NCBI GenBank assembly: GCA_003427395.1
Contig: BFEA01000013.1
Span: 4,168,168 to 4,232,167, forward strand
From: Chara braunii
Lineage: Eukaryota; Plantae; Charophyceae
DNA length: 64,000 nucleotides
Direction: 5' to 3'
The notes beneath the pieces were generated by a model, which was not told where the DNA came from, searched no databases, and saw nothing but the letters and a program-made list of their open reading frames with translations. Within the stretch, counting starts at the first letter, position 1, and the number at the start of each line of letters is the position of its first letter. Below, piece after piece: positions 26,301 to 40,076 of this stretch. Made by a program: the position numbers and the translations under genes.

Positions 26301-27800
26301 CCATCCTTACCCAACGTCTTGTTAGGAGGCATAGAGTGAAGGGCTTCCCTTAATTCCTCCTCAGAAAAAGGAGCGTCCAATTTTTTCAGTTGCTCCCTCT
26401 TGACCGTACGATCTAAGTATGATAGAAACTTATTCCTGACTTCCTTCAGCTGATGAGACGTATGTTCACCTTCCCTTGAAGTGTATAATGCACTGTAGAA
26501 GTCATATGCCACCGAAAGCATCCCTTTCGGATTCGAAACCAGTCCTTGCGGGCCTTCCAACTGTTCTATTAATTTGTTTCTTCCTCTTGCTTTAATCTTT
26601 TGAAAGAAGTACTTTGTCATTCTTTCTCCCTCCTCCCATTCTTTCACTCTCGCCCTCATCTGTAGACCCCTAGCCCTCCATCTCTCAGAGTCACCCAATT
26701 CGTTTCTTGCTACCTCTATTATTCTCTCATACAATTCCGATTCTGGGTTATTAATTAAATTTCTTTCTACTATACGTAATGCCCTGTTCAGTTTCGATTT
26801 CCCTTGCCATCCGTCTTGCTGCCAATTGTCTAGATACTACTGCCGTTGTTGTTGACAAGGCTTCTAAAAGGTCCACAAATGATTTTGTATCCGGATTGTG
26901 TGTTAGGCACACTTGCAGAATAGCTTCTCTCAACTCCTTAGTTCTTAATAACGAATTATTAACCTTATAGAAACTCCTTCCTATGTGAACATGTTTGTCC
27001 ATAATGAAGTTAAGAAAAATGGGTTTATGATCTAGGCACGAACAGTATGGTAAGTCTCCTACTCCCACCGAGTGTATTGTTCCCACTATGTCTTGTGATA
27101 TGCGGAAGTAGTCTATCCTTGATGCTGAGATATGTTGACTACGATTCCTTTCGTAATATGTGAATTGTTTTATTTGCGGCTGTTGAAGTCTAAATGGGTC
27201 TACTAGATCTCCAGATGTCATAAGGCTGTGAATAGGTAAGGCTTCGTCCCACATCAATCCTTCCCCTACCCCTGACCTTCCACCTAGCAGCCTGTCCCTA
27301 CTAGGATCTAAAGTAGCATTCCAATGCGCTGCCAATATGAGATGTCTTGACGGGTCTATGTTGTTTTGTAACGTATCTATCATCTCCGACCGCTGATGTC
27401 CTCCGTTAGGACAATAGACTGTAATGAGCGTGAACTGCTCATTCTGATAGGTAAAATTGAGCTTTATACATCTGCCTTCGTCTTCATCTAGAATGACATC
27501 TTGTACTATTATTCTATCTGCAGCCTGCGATTTTTTATTGAGTAAAACTACTACTCCCGCTGAATGTGACCTGCCCGCTACCGCCCAAAAGCTTGTCTTA
27601 ACCCACCTTAGTTGTCTTATTATGCGATGTCGAATGTTCTGATGCTCTAATGAATCCGTAAGGTGAGTTTCCTGCAGACATAAGAATTCTGGAGGTGTCT
27701 TCCCAATCCAGTTTGAGTACCTCATTACGTTGTCCCACTTGTCTTTGTTTTCCAAAATTTATACCATCCCATTGATGTTCCAAGACATGATCCTAAGGTT
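23382..27800 (-). pseudogene. LINE ORF2: APE endonuclease, reverse transcriptase, C-terminal CCHC zinc finger
   Basis: MSWNING, CLQETH, SRIDY, LDHKPI; NYRPITLL, DFEKAYD, VRQGDPL, LFADDL, YLGI; CVMC...ETLIHCLLHC. Confidence 0.95.
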
Positions 27801-27840
27801 CAGCTCCCTACGTTTTGAAGTATCCCTCGTCTTTCTACGT

Positions 27841-30800
27841 TTATACACTCCCTCTCTCAATCCCGCCTCCATGATCTATGATGTCCTTTTTGACCCTTTT
27901 CAAATTTCCTACTCGGGATCCTACCCGGGTCCAGTCTACTATTGTAGCCAGGATCTCCATCTTTCCATCGATGTAGTCCGGCTGCCATGCAAACACATCA
28001 CTTTGGTGACTATGGCCGCTCCCCTTGCCGCCCATTCTGCCGCCTCTGAACCCCCCAACAGTCCATACGGAACCGTCTCCACCACTTGCCATGGCATCCA
28101 AATCAATCCCTCAGCCAATACTGCCTTTTCCTGCAGCTTGATCATGACTGACCTGTAGTCCACTATGTGTGTTGTACCCGCTGCATCTTCCCATTCTTCC
28201 TTATCATGCTTGAGATCCCCAATGGCGTGCGCCTACGAGGGTAGATCTTTTGTGATACGTTCCTTCAATACATCCTGCTCGCAGTGACTACCCTTCGTTG
28301 TGATTAATGCCAGAGACCTGTGAATGGTCACCTCCCAATCCGCATTGCCGTTGTTCCATCTGTAGGGCAAAATGATTATCCTACCTGGGTCTTGTCTTGC
28401 ATACAATTTGGCCGCTGCATTGATGTCTGCATGTGGAGTATAGGCTATTTTCTGAAGGTTTATAGTGTCTGCCTCCAATTCCCTGTTCTGATCCCTGAGA
28501 ACCTCGACTTGTGCCTCCAAAATCGCTGCCTGCCTCTTTTCCTCTTCCATCTGTTCATCCACAGCTAACCCCTGAGAGGAATCTGACAAATCCTGGTTAC
28601 TGCTTCCCAATTGCTCCACTTCTTGCTGTTTGGCCGTTTGTTTCTGTTCAGATCTCTTCAGCCCTTGTGGCTGGTAAGACTTCGGCCAAATGAACTGCTT
28701 GGCGTACCCCGCATTGTTCACTGTGATGTCATTCTTGTCCAACCTAGCCTTCCATCCATATTGCATAGCGTAAAACTTATTAACCTTCATTTCATTCTTC
28801 AGTCTTTCAAATTTGTTTGTTGTTGTGATGTCATCCCCCGCTGCTGTGGCTTGTTTCAAATTGTGCAAATGCTTGTGGTGTGCCAGACGAATCTCACATT
28901 CAATGTGTCTCTCCCACTTCAGCTTGTGAACGTGCTTAATCCACTGTGCTAGTGTTTTCGGATCCTCCTCTCATTCCTCCTCCCTCCTGTTGCTGTCCCC
29001 ATCCAAATCTGTATCCGAATCCTGTGATGTTTTCCTTGCTCCTTCATCCTCCTCCCCCCCCGAGTCCTCTGCTGTGTTTTCCATATCACCAAAAGGTGAT
29101 CTGTTTGTAGAGCTAGTTCGGTCTGCTGAGGGCCCATGTTCTGTTTGGTGATTCGTTGAAGCTGATGCTGGCGTGTTATCTAGAGAGGCTGTAATATCCA
29201 TTTCTTCCCCTTGAGATACTTGCTCACCCTTGCCTTCTTCCTCCATATCTTCCTTGTACTCCTGTTCCCCTTGTGTAGAAGCTTCATTTGATCCCTTCCT
29301 TGAATGTCCCCGCTTAGGTCCTTGGTATGAGCTATCCCCTTTCACTGATTCCTTGTCACTGATTTTCCTCTTAAGAGAAGCTGATGATTCTCCCCCCTTC
29401 CCTTCCCCTTCAGTGCCCCTGTCTTCATCATCTTCTTTCGTTTCTTCCTCTGTCGTTCCCTTACTCTTTGAACCATTCTTACTTCCCTGCACACCATAGT
29501 CCCCCCTTTCCTCCAAACTTCCCTCCACTTCTGACTTTTGTGCCTCTTCTCTTGCTCTTTTATTTTCCAAGAAGGCCAGTTCCGCTGCTTGGCCCACCTT
29601 GTGTAGCTCTGCCATGGTCTAGTCTCTGCCTGTCATCTAGCATTGAGGCGTCATCTATCTTAGGCTTATTGATAAAACCCACGTCTCTGTCCACCATCCT
29701 CTTTGCACCCATTTGCCTCCATCTACTGTCATATGCAGGATAAATGTCCGGTTTCACCGATGGTGCTCTGCGAAGAACCCACACCCATCGTGGAATGTCC
29801 AGGTTGTCATCGAAGATCCAGCCCCTGTATTGCGCTGAATTGATGAACCATACTCTTGGTTTGTTGTCTGATTCAACAAGCATTGATTGTTTTAATTGTG
29901 GCAGATTACCTTCTGACCCCGACCCAGACTGTGGACAGTGCATCCCCAAGTGTCCCCTGCCTCTGCAAGGCAAAAAGGATTAGTTTTTGTGGATATAAAG
30001 ACAGTAATTCTTTTTGTCCGTCTGCGAAAAATCCAGACCTCTGGGAACTTTGGTGGAGCTCCCGACTTAACCTCCAAACATACCACCCTTGAATCATAAT
30101 TCGGAGCTAAAAAGTCTGGATGAGCAGGAAGTCACTCTATGATTGGATTATTTGGGAATTCCTCCGTCAGACGTTGCTGTACAAAGCTATGCATACCCTC
30201 TGACAGGTTGTCAAATAGTACCCAAAAATGATCTCTAAGCATAGACTGCCCGCATCTCGATGCTTCCGCCGGTGGTGGCTGCGAAGGCTTCCATGCTTGA
30301 ATAGTTACCACAGGCCCATGACATTTGAAAGAACCGAGGGATAATAAAAATTGCGCGTACGCTGAATCAACGCAAACTATCATTACCGTAAATCTTCCCC
30401 TTTTGTGATATGACACCTCTGGTTCCATGCTTGGGATGTGCTCAAGTCCTCTTAGTCTCTCCATCACCCACTTTCTTTTTTCATTGAGAGAAAGTTCCGT
30501 GTTTTTCCTGAGAAATTAAATAACACAGCATGACGTGCATAGAGGTCGTGAAGTGACTGCAGATCCTGTTTTGGGTACTCCCATACGTCCACTTCCTCCT
30601 TTTTTCCATCTTGTCCCTTGACCACCTCTTTTGTGACTTTGACCGGCGCCGTGATTTTTGTTTTTTCCATCAGGAAATCAAGAGCTTTTTGTCCCAAAGC
30701 TCTAGATTGGCTGACCCTGACGCCTGTGCTTGACATGCTATGTGATGCTGATTGTAGCTCTACTCGCCTTCCCCCCTCCCCTTGTGCCTTCAGTTGTTCG

Positions 30801-30850
30801 CTCTCCCTTCTGTCCTTTTCAGTCATAGCCCTATGAGCTGCCATTACGTA
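27841..30850 (-). pseudogene. LINE ORF1 fragments with zinc knuckle and acidic/coiled-coil region
   Basis: C-x2-C-x4-H-x4-C (CLPCRGRGHLGMHC, with a frameshift) near 29940-29980, upstream of ORF2 on the same strand. Confidence 0.75.
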
Positions 30851-31199
30851 TGTGAACGACATTTCACCCTGTGATAGCCCGTAAACCAAAGTCCAACTAA
30901 CCACCGTCCAATACAACCAGCCTCTTACTCCCTGTGTCTTACCTTGTATGTAAATCCCAACTCCGTCTATCCCCTCTTCCCTCCCAAGCAGCGTCCACTC
31001 CCCTGAACCAGAGTGTAGCCAACCCCCTTCCACTACGGTTAGCCCCTTACTCTCTGAATCAACTCCTCTTGCCTCCAAAGCTGTATCCACCCCTTATGTT
31101 GCTAGTTTCGCCCCGTTTTTTTTTTTTTTTTTCCCCCCAATTGATTACTCCTAGTTGTAGTCTATGCTACTTGCCACTTTCCCCTTTTCACTCTCTTCT

Positions 31200-32035
31200 T
31201 ATGCCCTATGACCTTCCCTTCTTTTCTACTCCTCTCTCCCTTCCAATTGCCCTTCCTCCTTATGGCCCGTGACTTCCTCTTTCTATACCCCCTCTTTCTC
31301 TTCCACGTGGACCTATGCCACGTCACCTCCTCGCCACTCTCCCTCCCCCTTCTCTTTCCTTATGACTCTTCACTTCCCTTTCCTTTGCCACGTCATCTCC
31401 TCCGTTTGTAACATGTCACCCTCTCGCCCACTTCTCTTTCCTTATGACCCGTCGCTTCTTTCCTTTGCCACGTTGCCCATCACCTTCCCTTCTTTTCTAC
31501 TCCTCTCTCCCTTCCACTTGCCCTTCCTCCTTATGGCTCATGACTTCCTCTTTCTATACCCCCTCTTCTTCTCCTCACGGACCTATGCCACGTCCCTCCT
31601 CGCCACTCACCCTCCCACTTCTCTTTCCTTATGACCCTTCACTTCCCTTTCCTTTGCCACGCCATTCCTCCGTTTGTGACACGTCACCCTCCCACCCACT
31701 TCTCTTTCCTTATGACCGTCGCTTCTTTCCTTTGCGACGTTGCCCGTCACTTCACTTTTGTTTGCCCTGTCAGCCCCCCCGAGTTAGAATAGCAATGTTT
31801 TCACTTCTTTCCTTTGCCACGTTGCCCGTCACTTCACTTTTGTTTGCCACGTTCACTTCTTTCCTTTGCCACGTTGCCCGTCTCTTCACTTTTGTTTGCC
31901 ACGTCAGCCCCCCCCGAGTTAGAATCTTCTCTTCTACTCGGACCTATGCCACGCCACCTCCTTGCCACTCTCCCTCCCACTTCTCTTTCCTTATGATCCT
32001 TCACTTGCCTTTCCTTTGCCACGTCGTCTTCACTT
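31200..32035. repeat. Degenerate pyrimidine-rich tandem repeats upstream of the LINE
   Basis: Recurring CTTCTCTTTCCTTATGAC and TTTCCTTTGCCACGT units, with ~270-bp higher-order copies. Confidence 0.85.
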
Positions 32036-33669
32036 GACCCCCTCATCCAAGTTATTTCCTCCCCCCTTCTCTTTCACTTTAATGCATCTCAAGGCCCTCA
32101 GATGCACGTCATTGACAGTGCGAAAATCAATTGAGTGTTGAGTTCACCCTTATNNNNNNNNNNNNNNNNNNNNNNNNNNNNNNNNNNNNNNNNNNNNNNN
32201 NNNNNNNNNNNNNNNNNNNNNNNNNNNNNNNNNNNNNNNNNNNNNNNNNNNNNNNNNNNNNNNNNNNNNNNNNNNNNNNNNNNNNNNNNNNNNNNNNNNN
32301 NNNNNNNNNNNNNNNNNNNNNNNNNNNNNNNNNNNNNNNNNNNNNNNNNNNNNNNNNNNNNNNNNNNNNNNNNNNNNNNNNNNNNNNNNNNNNNNNNNNN
32401 NNNNNNNNNNNNNNNNNNNNNNNNNNNNNNNNNNNNNNNNNNNNNNNNNNNNNNNNNNNNNNNNNNNNNNNNNNNNNNNNNNNNNNNNNNNNNNNNNNNN
32501 NNNNNNNNNNNNNNNNNNNNNNNNNNNNNNNNNNNNNNNNNNNNNNNNNNNNNNNNNNNNNNNNNNNNNNNNNNNNNNNNNNNNNNNNNNNNNNNNNNNN
32601 NNNNNNNNNNNNNNNNNNNNNNNNNNNNNNNNNNNNNNNNNNNNNNNNNNNNNNNNNNNNNNNNNNNNNNNNNNNNNNNNNNNNNNNNNNNNNNNNNNTC
32701 CAGAAACCAAGCAGCATCATACACATGAAACCAGATAGTCCTGACCTCGAACCAAAAGCAGAATTGCAACTCGAGTTCCACCAAATAAGAGCACAGCAAA
32801 AGCTCACAAGTGACAATGTTGGAATAGTCTCATCATCATTAACAATGAACCAATGTCGAATCCCTATCTGGCGCTCAGCGCCCAGACTACGAATGACAGA
32901 TCTTATCTAGCCTATCTACAATGCCGCTGGTGACGCCAACAGCTTTCCGAAGTACGAGCAGATCTCGGCCAGTGCCGTTCGCATCAAGCACCAGGTATGT
33001 CCCTCGCTTCACTCACAACCTCGATCCTCCACACAGATGCCACATGCACCCAAGGATCACCATGTGCCCCATCCAGCAACGCGCAGGCCAGCCCGGCTAT
33101 GGCTGCCTGCTTCCTCCCTGCTCGCCCGTGAGCGAGTAGGCACTCGCTCCAGCAGCTGGCGCAGCAGCACTTGCGGATAAGCAGCGAGTGCCCGAATGCC
33201 AAATGCGAAGGCAGGCACTTTCCTTTATGGAAGTGGCCTGCCTGCTGCGTGCTGCCTGGCTGCGCTGGGCCCCTGCCCAGAAGCTTCCGATAGGCCCCAA
33301 GTGGCTGAGGCCAGAGTATTCCGCAGGGCCCCGGGTGGTTACGCGTATCTAACTGCCGTGTGTGCTGCATGCAGATTGTGCCTCGTGTCTGTCCCAGGGC
33401 CTGTGCCCAAAAAAATAGGAAGGGCCTAGAAGCCCTTGACCAGATACTGTTGCCCACGGCCTGGGTCCATTCAACCAACTGACACAGCATAACTGTCTGA
33501 GCCCCTCTTTGCGAAAAAGGACAAAATACTAAAATAGGCCTCATGTGATGTTACAGGACCGCCTTCACTTAGGGCGGCCATCCTTGCTGAAAGGCCCAGG
33601 ATGCTAAGGGCGGGCTGTGGCCTCACATTCTCTCCTCCATACTTTGACAGTCCTCTGAGAAGTTCAATC

Positions 33670-35684
33670 ACTCAATCTGGCGCTTTCCCTCCTGCAATGA
33701 CTTCTCATAATAAGTGACAATCTGAGGGGCTGTCTGCATCAGTTCCTCTCTTGTAAACCACCTGTCCTCCTTCAGATCCGTGTGATGTCTGAAGCGCACA
33801 CGGTACTGCAACTTTGGCTTAGGAGGTCATCCCCTGCCAGTTGGTTTCGGCATCGGCAATTCCCTGTGGTCTACGATGCTGTCGATGTCGTCTTCTCCAT
33901 CCATGGTTGGGGGCAGCATAGACCGAAGAGAGGGAAACTGATAGATTTCCTTGAAAGGTGCAAGTTTGGAGGTGTGAAAGACAGGGTAGGTGCGAAGGTG
34001 ACCAGGGATCTGTATCACATAGGAAGGCCCATCGGGGTCATCTCCGACAATGTCTAGAACCTCCCATGGTCCGAAGTACTGTGGCATGAGCTTTCAGGAA
34101 ATGTCGTGCTCTTGGCCGTGCTTGGAAGCCTTGACCCAGACTATATTCCCAACCTGAAACTCAGAAGGGCGGCAGTGTTTGTTTTCTGACTCTATCATTG
34201 CCGCTTGTGCTCTATGCATGCTGTCCACTGCTTGCTGCATAAGACTCTCATAGCGATAGGCAAATTCCAAAGTACTAGGCGCAGCAGTGGGCTGGTTCCC
34301 AGGTAGTAGGAAATCTAGAGGCAATCGGGGTTTGAAAGTTGGTAGCAGGCTGTTGGGGCTCACCCCTGTTGCGCTGTGCACTGTGTTGTTGTACAGACTG
34401 GCAATGAGAGCGAGCTTCTCATCCCAGTCCACCTGATAAGGCTTGATATAGTGCCTCAGCAGGTGTTGTACAGCGCAGTTCAGCTGCTCTGCTTGTCCGT
34501 TTGCCTCTGGGTGGTTCTCGGAGGTCATCTGCAGTTGTGTCCCTTGTTCAGCAGCTGCAGCCTTCCATAACTCACTCGTGAATCGCACATCCTGGTCACT
34601 GACAATAGACTTGGGCGAACCAAAGTCTCTGACCCAGTTTTCTTTAGCCAATTTAATAGTGTACTCGGTCTTTGCTTTTCAGGCATCATGACTAACCTAG
34701 CGTACTTACTAAACCTATCCACAATGACAAAAACATATCTCATTCCACTCTTGCTAGAGACCAGCGTATCCATGAAATCCATGGACAGGCTCTCACCGGG
34801 CCCTTCCGGAATCGGAAGGGGCTTGAGAAGCCCAAGAGGGGCCTGTGTGCGTGGCTTGTCTCTCTGGCACACTCGACAAGTTTCCACGTACAGCTTGGCA
34901 TCTTTCATCATTGTGGGCCACCAGAACTGCTGCAACAAGTTTGCTGCAGTTTTCTTCTAGCCACAATGTCTGGTGGCATCATGACACTCGCCTAAAAATA
35001 AACTACACAAAGACTCCAGGTTCACCACACACAAACGTTTATTCCCGACCTTCTCGAGGAACAACAGGCCATTGACCAACACAAACTCATCAGAAGTCAC
35101 CTTGCCCTTCGCCTCGAGCCTGCATATGATCTCTTCCATGAACGGATCCTCGTGATAGGCTTCCACCAAGGACTGAGTCACCTTGTCCGCAAGCCCAAAC
35201 TCGATGACCAGTGCACCAAGGAAGTCTGGTCTACGCGACAGCACATCAGCAACCTTGTTGTACTCCCCTTTGATGTACCGAGGTTCGAAATCATATTGTT
35301 CTATGACTTCAATCCAGCGTTTCAAAGCATCGGAGAGTATAGGCTGTGTCCTCATCCACCTCAGGGTCTGATGATCAGTCCTGACGTAGAAGAATCTCCC
35401 AAGGAGATAGTGCCTCTAATGGGTCAGCGCTTTATAGATTGCATAGAGTTCCTTTTCATAGGTGGACTTAGCCAACTTTTGAGAGTGCATCTTTTTGGAT
35501 ATGTACTCTACGGGCCTCAACTTTTTCCCCTCCTGCTGCGCAAGCACGACACCAATGCCATATTGGCTGGCATCCGTGGTCATAACGAAAGGTTTGTCAG
35601 GATCAGGAAGTTTCAAGACCTCATGGTGTGTCAGAGAACGCTTCAGATATCTGAAGGCAGCCTCACACCTCTGTCCACTCCCAC
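33670..35684 (-). pseudogene. RNase H, integrase and chromodomain fragments
   Basis: TTDASQYGIG, CRVCQRDK, SMDFMD, YFGPW motifs. Confidence 0.92.
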
Positions 35685-36461
35685 GGGGTAAGTCGACACG
35701 TGGAGGAGAGAAAGGGAGGAAGGAGGGAGGAAGGAGGGAGGAGGACCGAGTAAGTCGACACGTGGAGGAGAGAAAGGGAGGAAAGAGGGAGGAAGGAGGG
35801 AGGAGGACCGAGTAAGTCGACACGTGGAGGAGAGAGAAAGGGAGGAAGGAGGGAGGAAGGAGGGAGGAAGGAGGGAGGAGGACCGAGNGGAGGAAGGAGG
35901 GAGGAGGACCGAGTAAGTCGACACGTGGAGAACAGAGAAAGGGAGGAAGGAGGAGAGAGAGATGGATGAAGAAGAACGGAGACTCAGAGAAAGGAGGCGG
36001 CGGAGTGAATGGCCCTGTCGCTAACCTAACAAGGAAAAAAAAAAAAAAAGTTGATTGGAAGGTGGGTATTTGAAAGAGAGAGAGGAGGAGGAGGGAAGAG
36101 CGAAGAGAGAGAGAGAGAGAGAGAGGAGGGAGAAAGGAGCGAGGAAGGAAGAGGGCAGAGGACCGAGTAGGCCGACACGTGGAGGAGAGAGAAAGGGAGG
36201 AAGGAGGAGCGAGAAAGGGATGGAGAAGAAGGGAGAGAGGAGGAGGGAGGAAGGTTGTAGCAAAGAGGGAGTAGCGAGTCGAGTAAGTCGCCACGTGGAG
36301 GAAGGAGGGGTTGAGGCATCATGCGGAGTGAATGGCCTTGTCGCTAACGTAACAAGTACTAACAACAGAAAAAAGAAAAGAAAAGAAAAGAAAAAAAAGT
36401 TCGTTGGATGGTGGAGTATTTGAACGAGGGAGAGAGGAGGAAGAGGGAAGAGCGAAAAGAG

Positions 36462-36549
<88 letters not shown>
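35685..36549. repeat. Purine-rich tandem repeat with GAGTAAGTCGACACGTGG core, followed by (GATA)n/(GA)n
   Basis: Core at about 35688, 35750, 35810, 35911, 36165 and 36281. Confidence 0.85.
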
Positions 36550-37529
36550 NNNNNNNNNNNNNNNNNNNNNNNNNNNNNNNNNNNNNNNNNNNNNNNNNNN
36601 NNNNNNNNNNNNNNNNNNNNNNNNNNNNNNNNNNNNNNNNNNNNNNNNNNNNNNNNNNNNNNNNNNNNNNNNNNNNNNNNNNNNNNNNNNNNNNNNNNNN
36701 NNNNNNNNNNNNNNNNNNNNNNNNNNNNNNNNNNNNNNNNNNNNNNNNNNNNNNNNNNNNNNNNNNNNNNNNNNNNNNNNNNNNNNNNNNNNNNNNNNNN
36801 GGTGGCAACCCACCTGAACCGGCTGTTCGATGCCTCCTGCTCCCACTGGGTGCTCGAGCTGCCTCCTTCTGCCTGCTGCTGCCTCCTGCTGCCTGGCCGA
36901 GCTGCCTCCTGTGTCGTCCTCGGGTTATGGCTGAAGCTGCTGTGGAAGGGCCGGTTCAACGACGGCGATGGCGGCAACGACAGAAACGACGGCGGGCAGA
37001 CCAACTACCGGGGTGCCGAACGTTGAGGAGGTCGGAACCACGTTGGGGAGATTTGAGTAGTTCAAAAACGAACTACTCAGATCTCCCCCCAAAACATTTT
37101 TCGGGCCCGCGCGCGGCCCGAAACAAAATTTTGCACGCCCCCACGTCGAATTTCCCCTGGTAGTCCACCACGGCTATTACCCCCCCCCCCAAACTTTTTT
37201 TTTTTTTGGTGACCCCCTATTTTTTCGATGTGGCGCATGCCGTGCGCGCGACAGCTGCGCGGTGCGCTCTGCGCCGCACATGCCGCGACGCTGCGCACGG
37301 GATGCGCCGCAAGTATGGTCCGAATGTGTTTGCGGGACGATGACAAAGTCAATAGCTTGGGCCATCTCTCGAGATGGTGAGGGTGTGTCCACCACCTCGA
37401 CCCTAGCAGGAGCAACTATAATTCCTACTGGCCCGAAGTTTTTTCCGAAGCAGTGCCAGAACTGCTAGCAACGTTGTTACCCTGGGAAGCGGAGGAGACC
37501 GGCGCCTGCCCCATTGTAGTCGGAATCTT

Positions 37530-39409
37530 TTATGTTACTTTACAATTCCGGCATTTGAACTGCGTGTGACCGTACCGGCCACAGCGAATACAAGCTGCAC
37601 GGGAGTAACGATCTCTCCACACGTCCTTAGTAAACCCCGCTTTCTCCCATGGAGGAGCATTGGGGTCTACTTGACTCTTTGATCGGGAACCTCCATGAAG
37701 TCTACCGGTCGCCTTACTTTTTTGAACTGATGCAGCGACTGCTCCACCCCTTGAAGCTTCTGCGCTACCCGACTCTGACCCTACTCCCATCTGAAAGTCG
37801 TCGTCTAACTCTATGGTGGTACCATCGTTATCGACGAACATTATGTGCCCCTTGGCCTTCCAATTAGGAGGCTGTGCCTTTTTTCGACCATCCGTAGTGG
37901 TTTGGTACCCATGCCTGATCCTTGCCACTAGATCTAGGGCCTTCTTGCTGAACGAGGGGAAATTGTTGACCGTGATCATGGCCTCACTGGCCAACTGATT
38001 CCTAATCTCCATAGGGAGACACCTCAGGTAAGTGGTAAGTAAGACTCGGGGTTCATAGTGCACTCCAGGAACAGAGATCAGACGCTCTACTGTGTCTGTG
38101 GCATCCCTTACTGACCTGAACTTTCTTGAGCTCAGGGTCAATATCCTGTCGGTGGCCTTTTGAGCCTCCTATGGGTCATGCCACCTTTCCTCCACCAGCT
38201 TGATGAAATCATCTAGTTTCTAGGTGTCTGCCCAAGCGAGGAAGCCATGACAGTACCTGTAACTGCACGTACTCACTTAACCACCTTGCTGCACTCCCTT
38301 CCAGGTAGGAGGCAGCCACAAGCACTTCCTCGTGAGGCAAGGTTAACTTGCACTTCACATAGACTAGAACTGTCCTCAACCATGTGGAGGTCCTCACCCT
38401 TCTTATCTCCTGAGAAGGGTTTCGGTGATGCAATGGCAGTCTTTGGAACCCACTGTCCTTGTCCCGGTACCTACACAACTCCAGGCTGTGGGGCCTGGGG
38501 TGCAGGCTGTTGCACTTGCTGCTGTTGGGGTTGTGTGCTCTGGGACTATGTTGGCTGCGAGACGACAGGCTGCCCAGCTACGGCAGTCTGCAACGAAGGT
38601 TGGGAGTACAATGTCTGAATATGAATTTGTACACTAGGACCTGCTGAGAAACCGCCTGTCAAAGGCATAACCAAATGGGAAGCGGTCTGTACCATAGCTG
38701 GAGAAAATGTGTATGGTACTACTCGAGTTACCAGTGGGACAAAAGGAGGAGGTTGTACAACGGGCCAGACACTTGGCCCAGATGGTGATGATGTCACCTG
38801 AACTCGCCCGACCAGCGCGGCCAGGCTCCTCTGAATGTCTTGCAAGAGTGTCATATGGTAATCCTGCATCTCCACAACATCTAGCAGGGCCGTCCTAACA
38901 GTCCTTATGTCGGCATCCATGTTTGTCAGATCCATCTCCTCTAACTCCCTGATGTCCACTTGTCTCCACTGCATCCTAGATCTGCGTCTGATCATTCTCT
39001 CTTTCGCTGCCTGTATCTCACCCAATGCTTGTTGTAGTTGTGCCTCATGAGCGCTTGCTCGCTGGATGGCGACCTCCTCGGGAGTTAACACTGGCTGCTG
39101 GCTTGCCATTACACCAGTGGGCTGACTCTGGGGTTGTGCGACCGTGGCCCCAACAGTCCCTGGACTACTGACCTGGGAAATTTGTTGCGCAGAGGTGGCC
39201 ATGGTGGTTGCTAAGGTAGTTGCCTCACTTGCAAAAGCTCTGCTTGCCTCTGCGTCCCTCGCCAACCTCTGTTGTCGCTGCCTCTCCCTAGCCTGGCGGA
39301 ACAAAAGATGGTCTCCCTCGGCTCCTAACGCTATGTGGACCAGCGGGAGTCTACGGCTTGACGAACACAAGATCCGATCGTCCGGATCAGGGTCCTCCCT
39401 ATCGCTCAT
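37530..39409 (-). pseudogene. gag fragments
   Basis: SYLEGSAARW capsid motif and an intact CCHC knuckle. Confidence 0.9.
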
Positions 39410-40076
39410 ATGCTACAGCACTGTACACTGTCTACACTAGGACACACTCGGTTGCCTACCTCAACGTAGTGCTCAGACCGATGTAAAGTAATAAAAATAA
39501 ATAAACGGTGACACTGTCAGATGGTACACAGTTAGGTTCAACAGGTAAGTCCAAATTCCTACAAACGAAACTATTTTACTTGACTAGTCCGCAAACAGAA
39601 AGAAAATAAGAAGAAACAGATAGTTCTACCTATGTTGTTTGTCGGATGTGTTAATGGCTGTAACATCTAATCAAAAAATAAAAATAGAATGATTTGTATG
39701 GTTGTTTGCAGTGTGGAATTGTTCCCGAACTTATCACCTGAAATCTACCCCTCCCTCAATTCTTCTTGATGTCACTTGACGTCAGTGTCCCTGTGCCCCA
39801 AGTCAATGCTGAGCTGGCCAGCCTTGCACCATGTTTACCCTCGCGTGCAGCGAGCCTTACACCGACCGATTGGCTGATGAAGAGGCAGTTTAAGGACGGC
39901 CCCCGAGGTCCTCAGGAATTATTTTACGTCGCAAACAGGACGACGATCATAGCCAATGGAAGGTAACCCGCCGGTATTTATTTATAGACGTTCGGTTATC
40001 GTCTCCCCAGTAGGGCTGGTCTGCCCCTCATGACACATCTATAGCGCAACTGGCAGACAAAGGACAAAGCAGCAAA

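Larger units (their letters stand above)
23057..31110 (-). mobile_element. Near full-length L1/Tx1-type LINE with decayed ORF1 and ORF2
   Basis: ORF1 and ORF2 domains on the - strand, poly(A) at 23057-23083. The 3' end is duplicated across a single N at 23179. Confidence 0.92.

Noticed and set aside
32098-32910. Long ORFs through N gaps and microsatellites (also 36021-37004, 46122-46676, 61747-62351)
   Set aside because: Artefacts of N runs and simple repeats.
39870-39900. CTGATGA in the leader (also 59069-59076 on the - strand)
   Set aside because: No stem II + GAAA, and the sister element lacks the motif.
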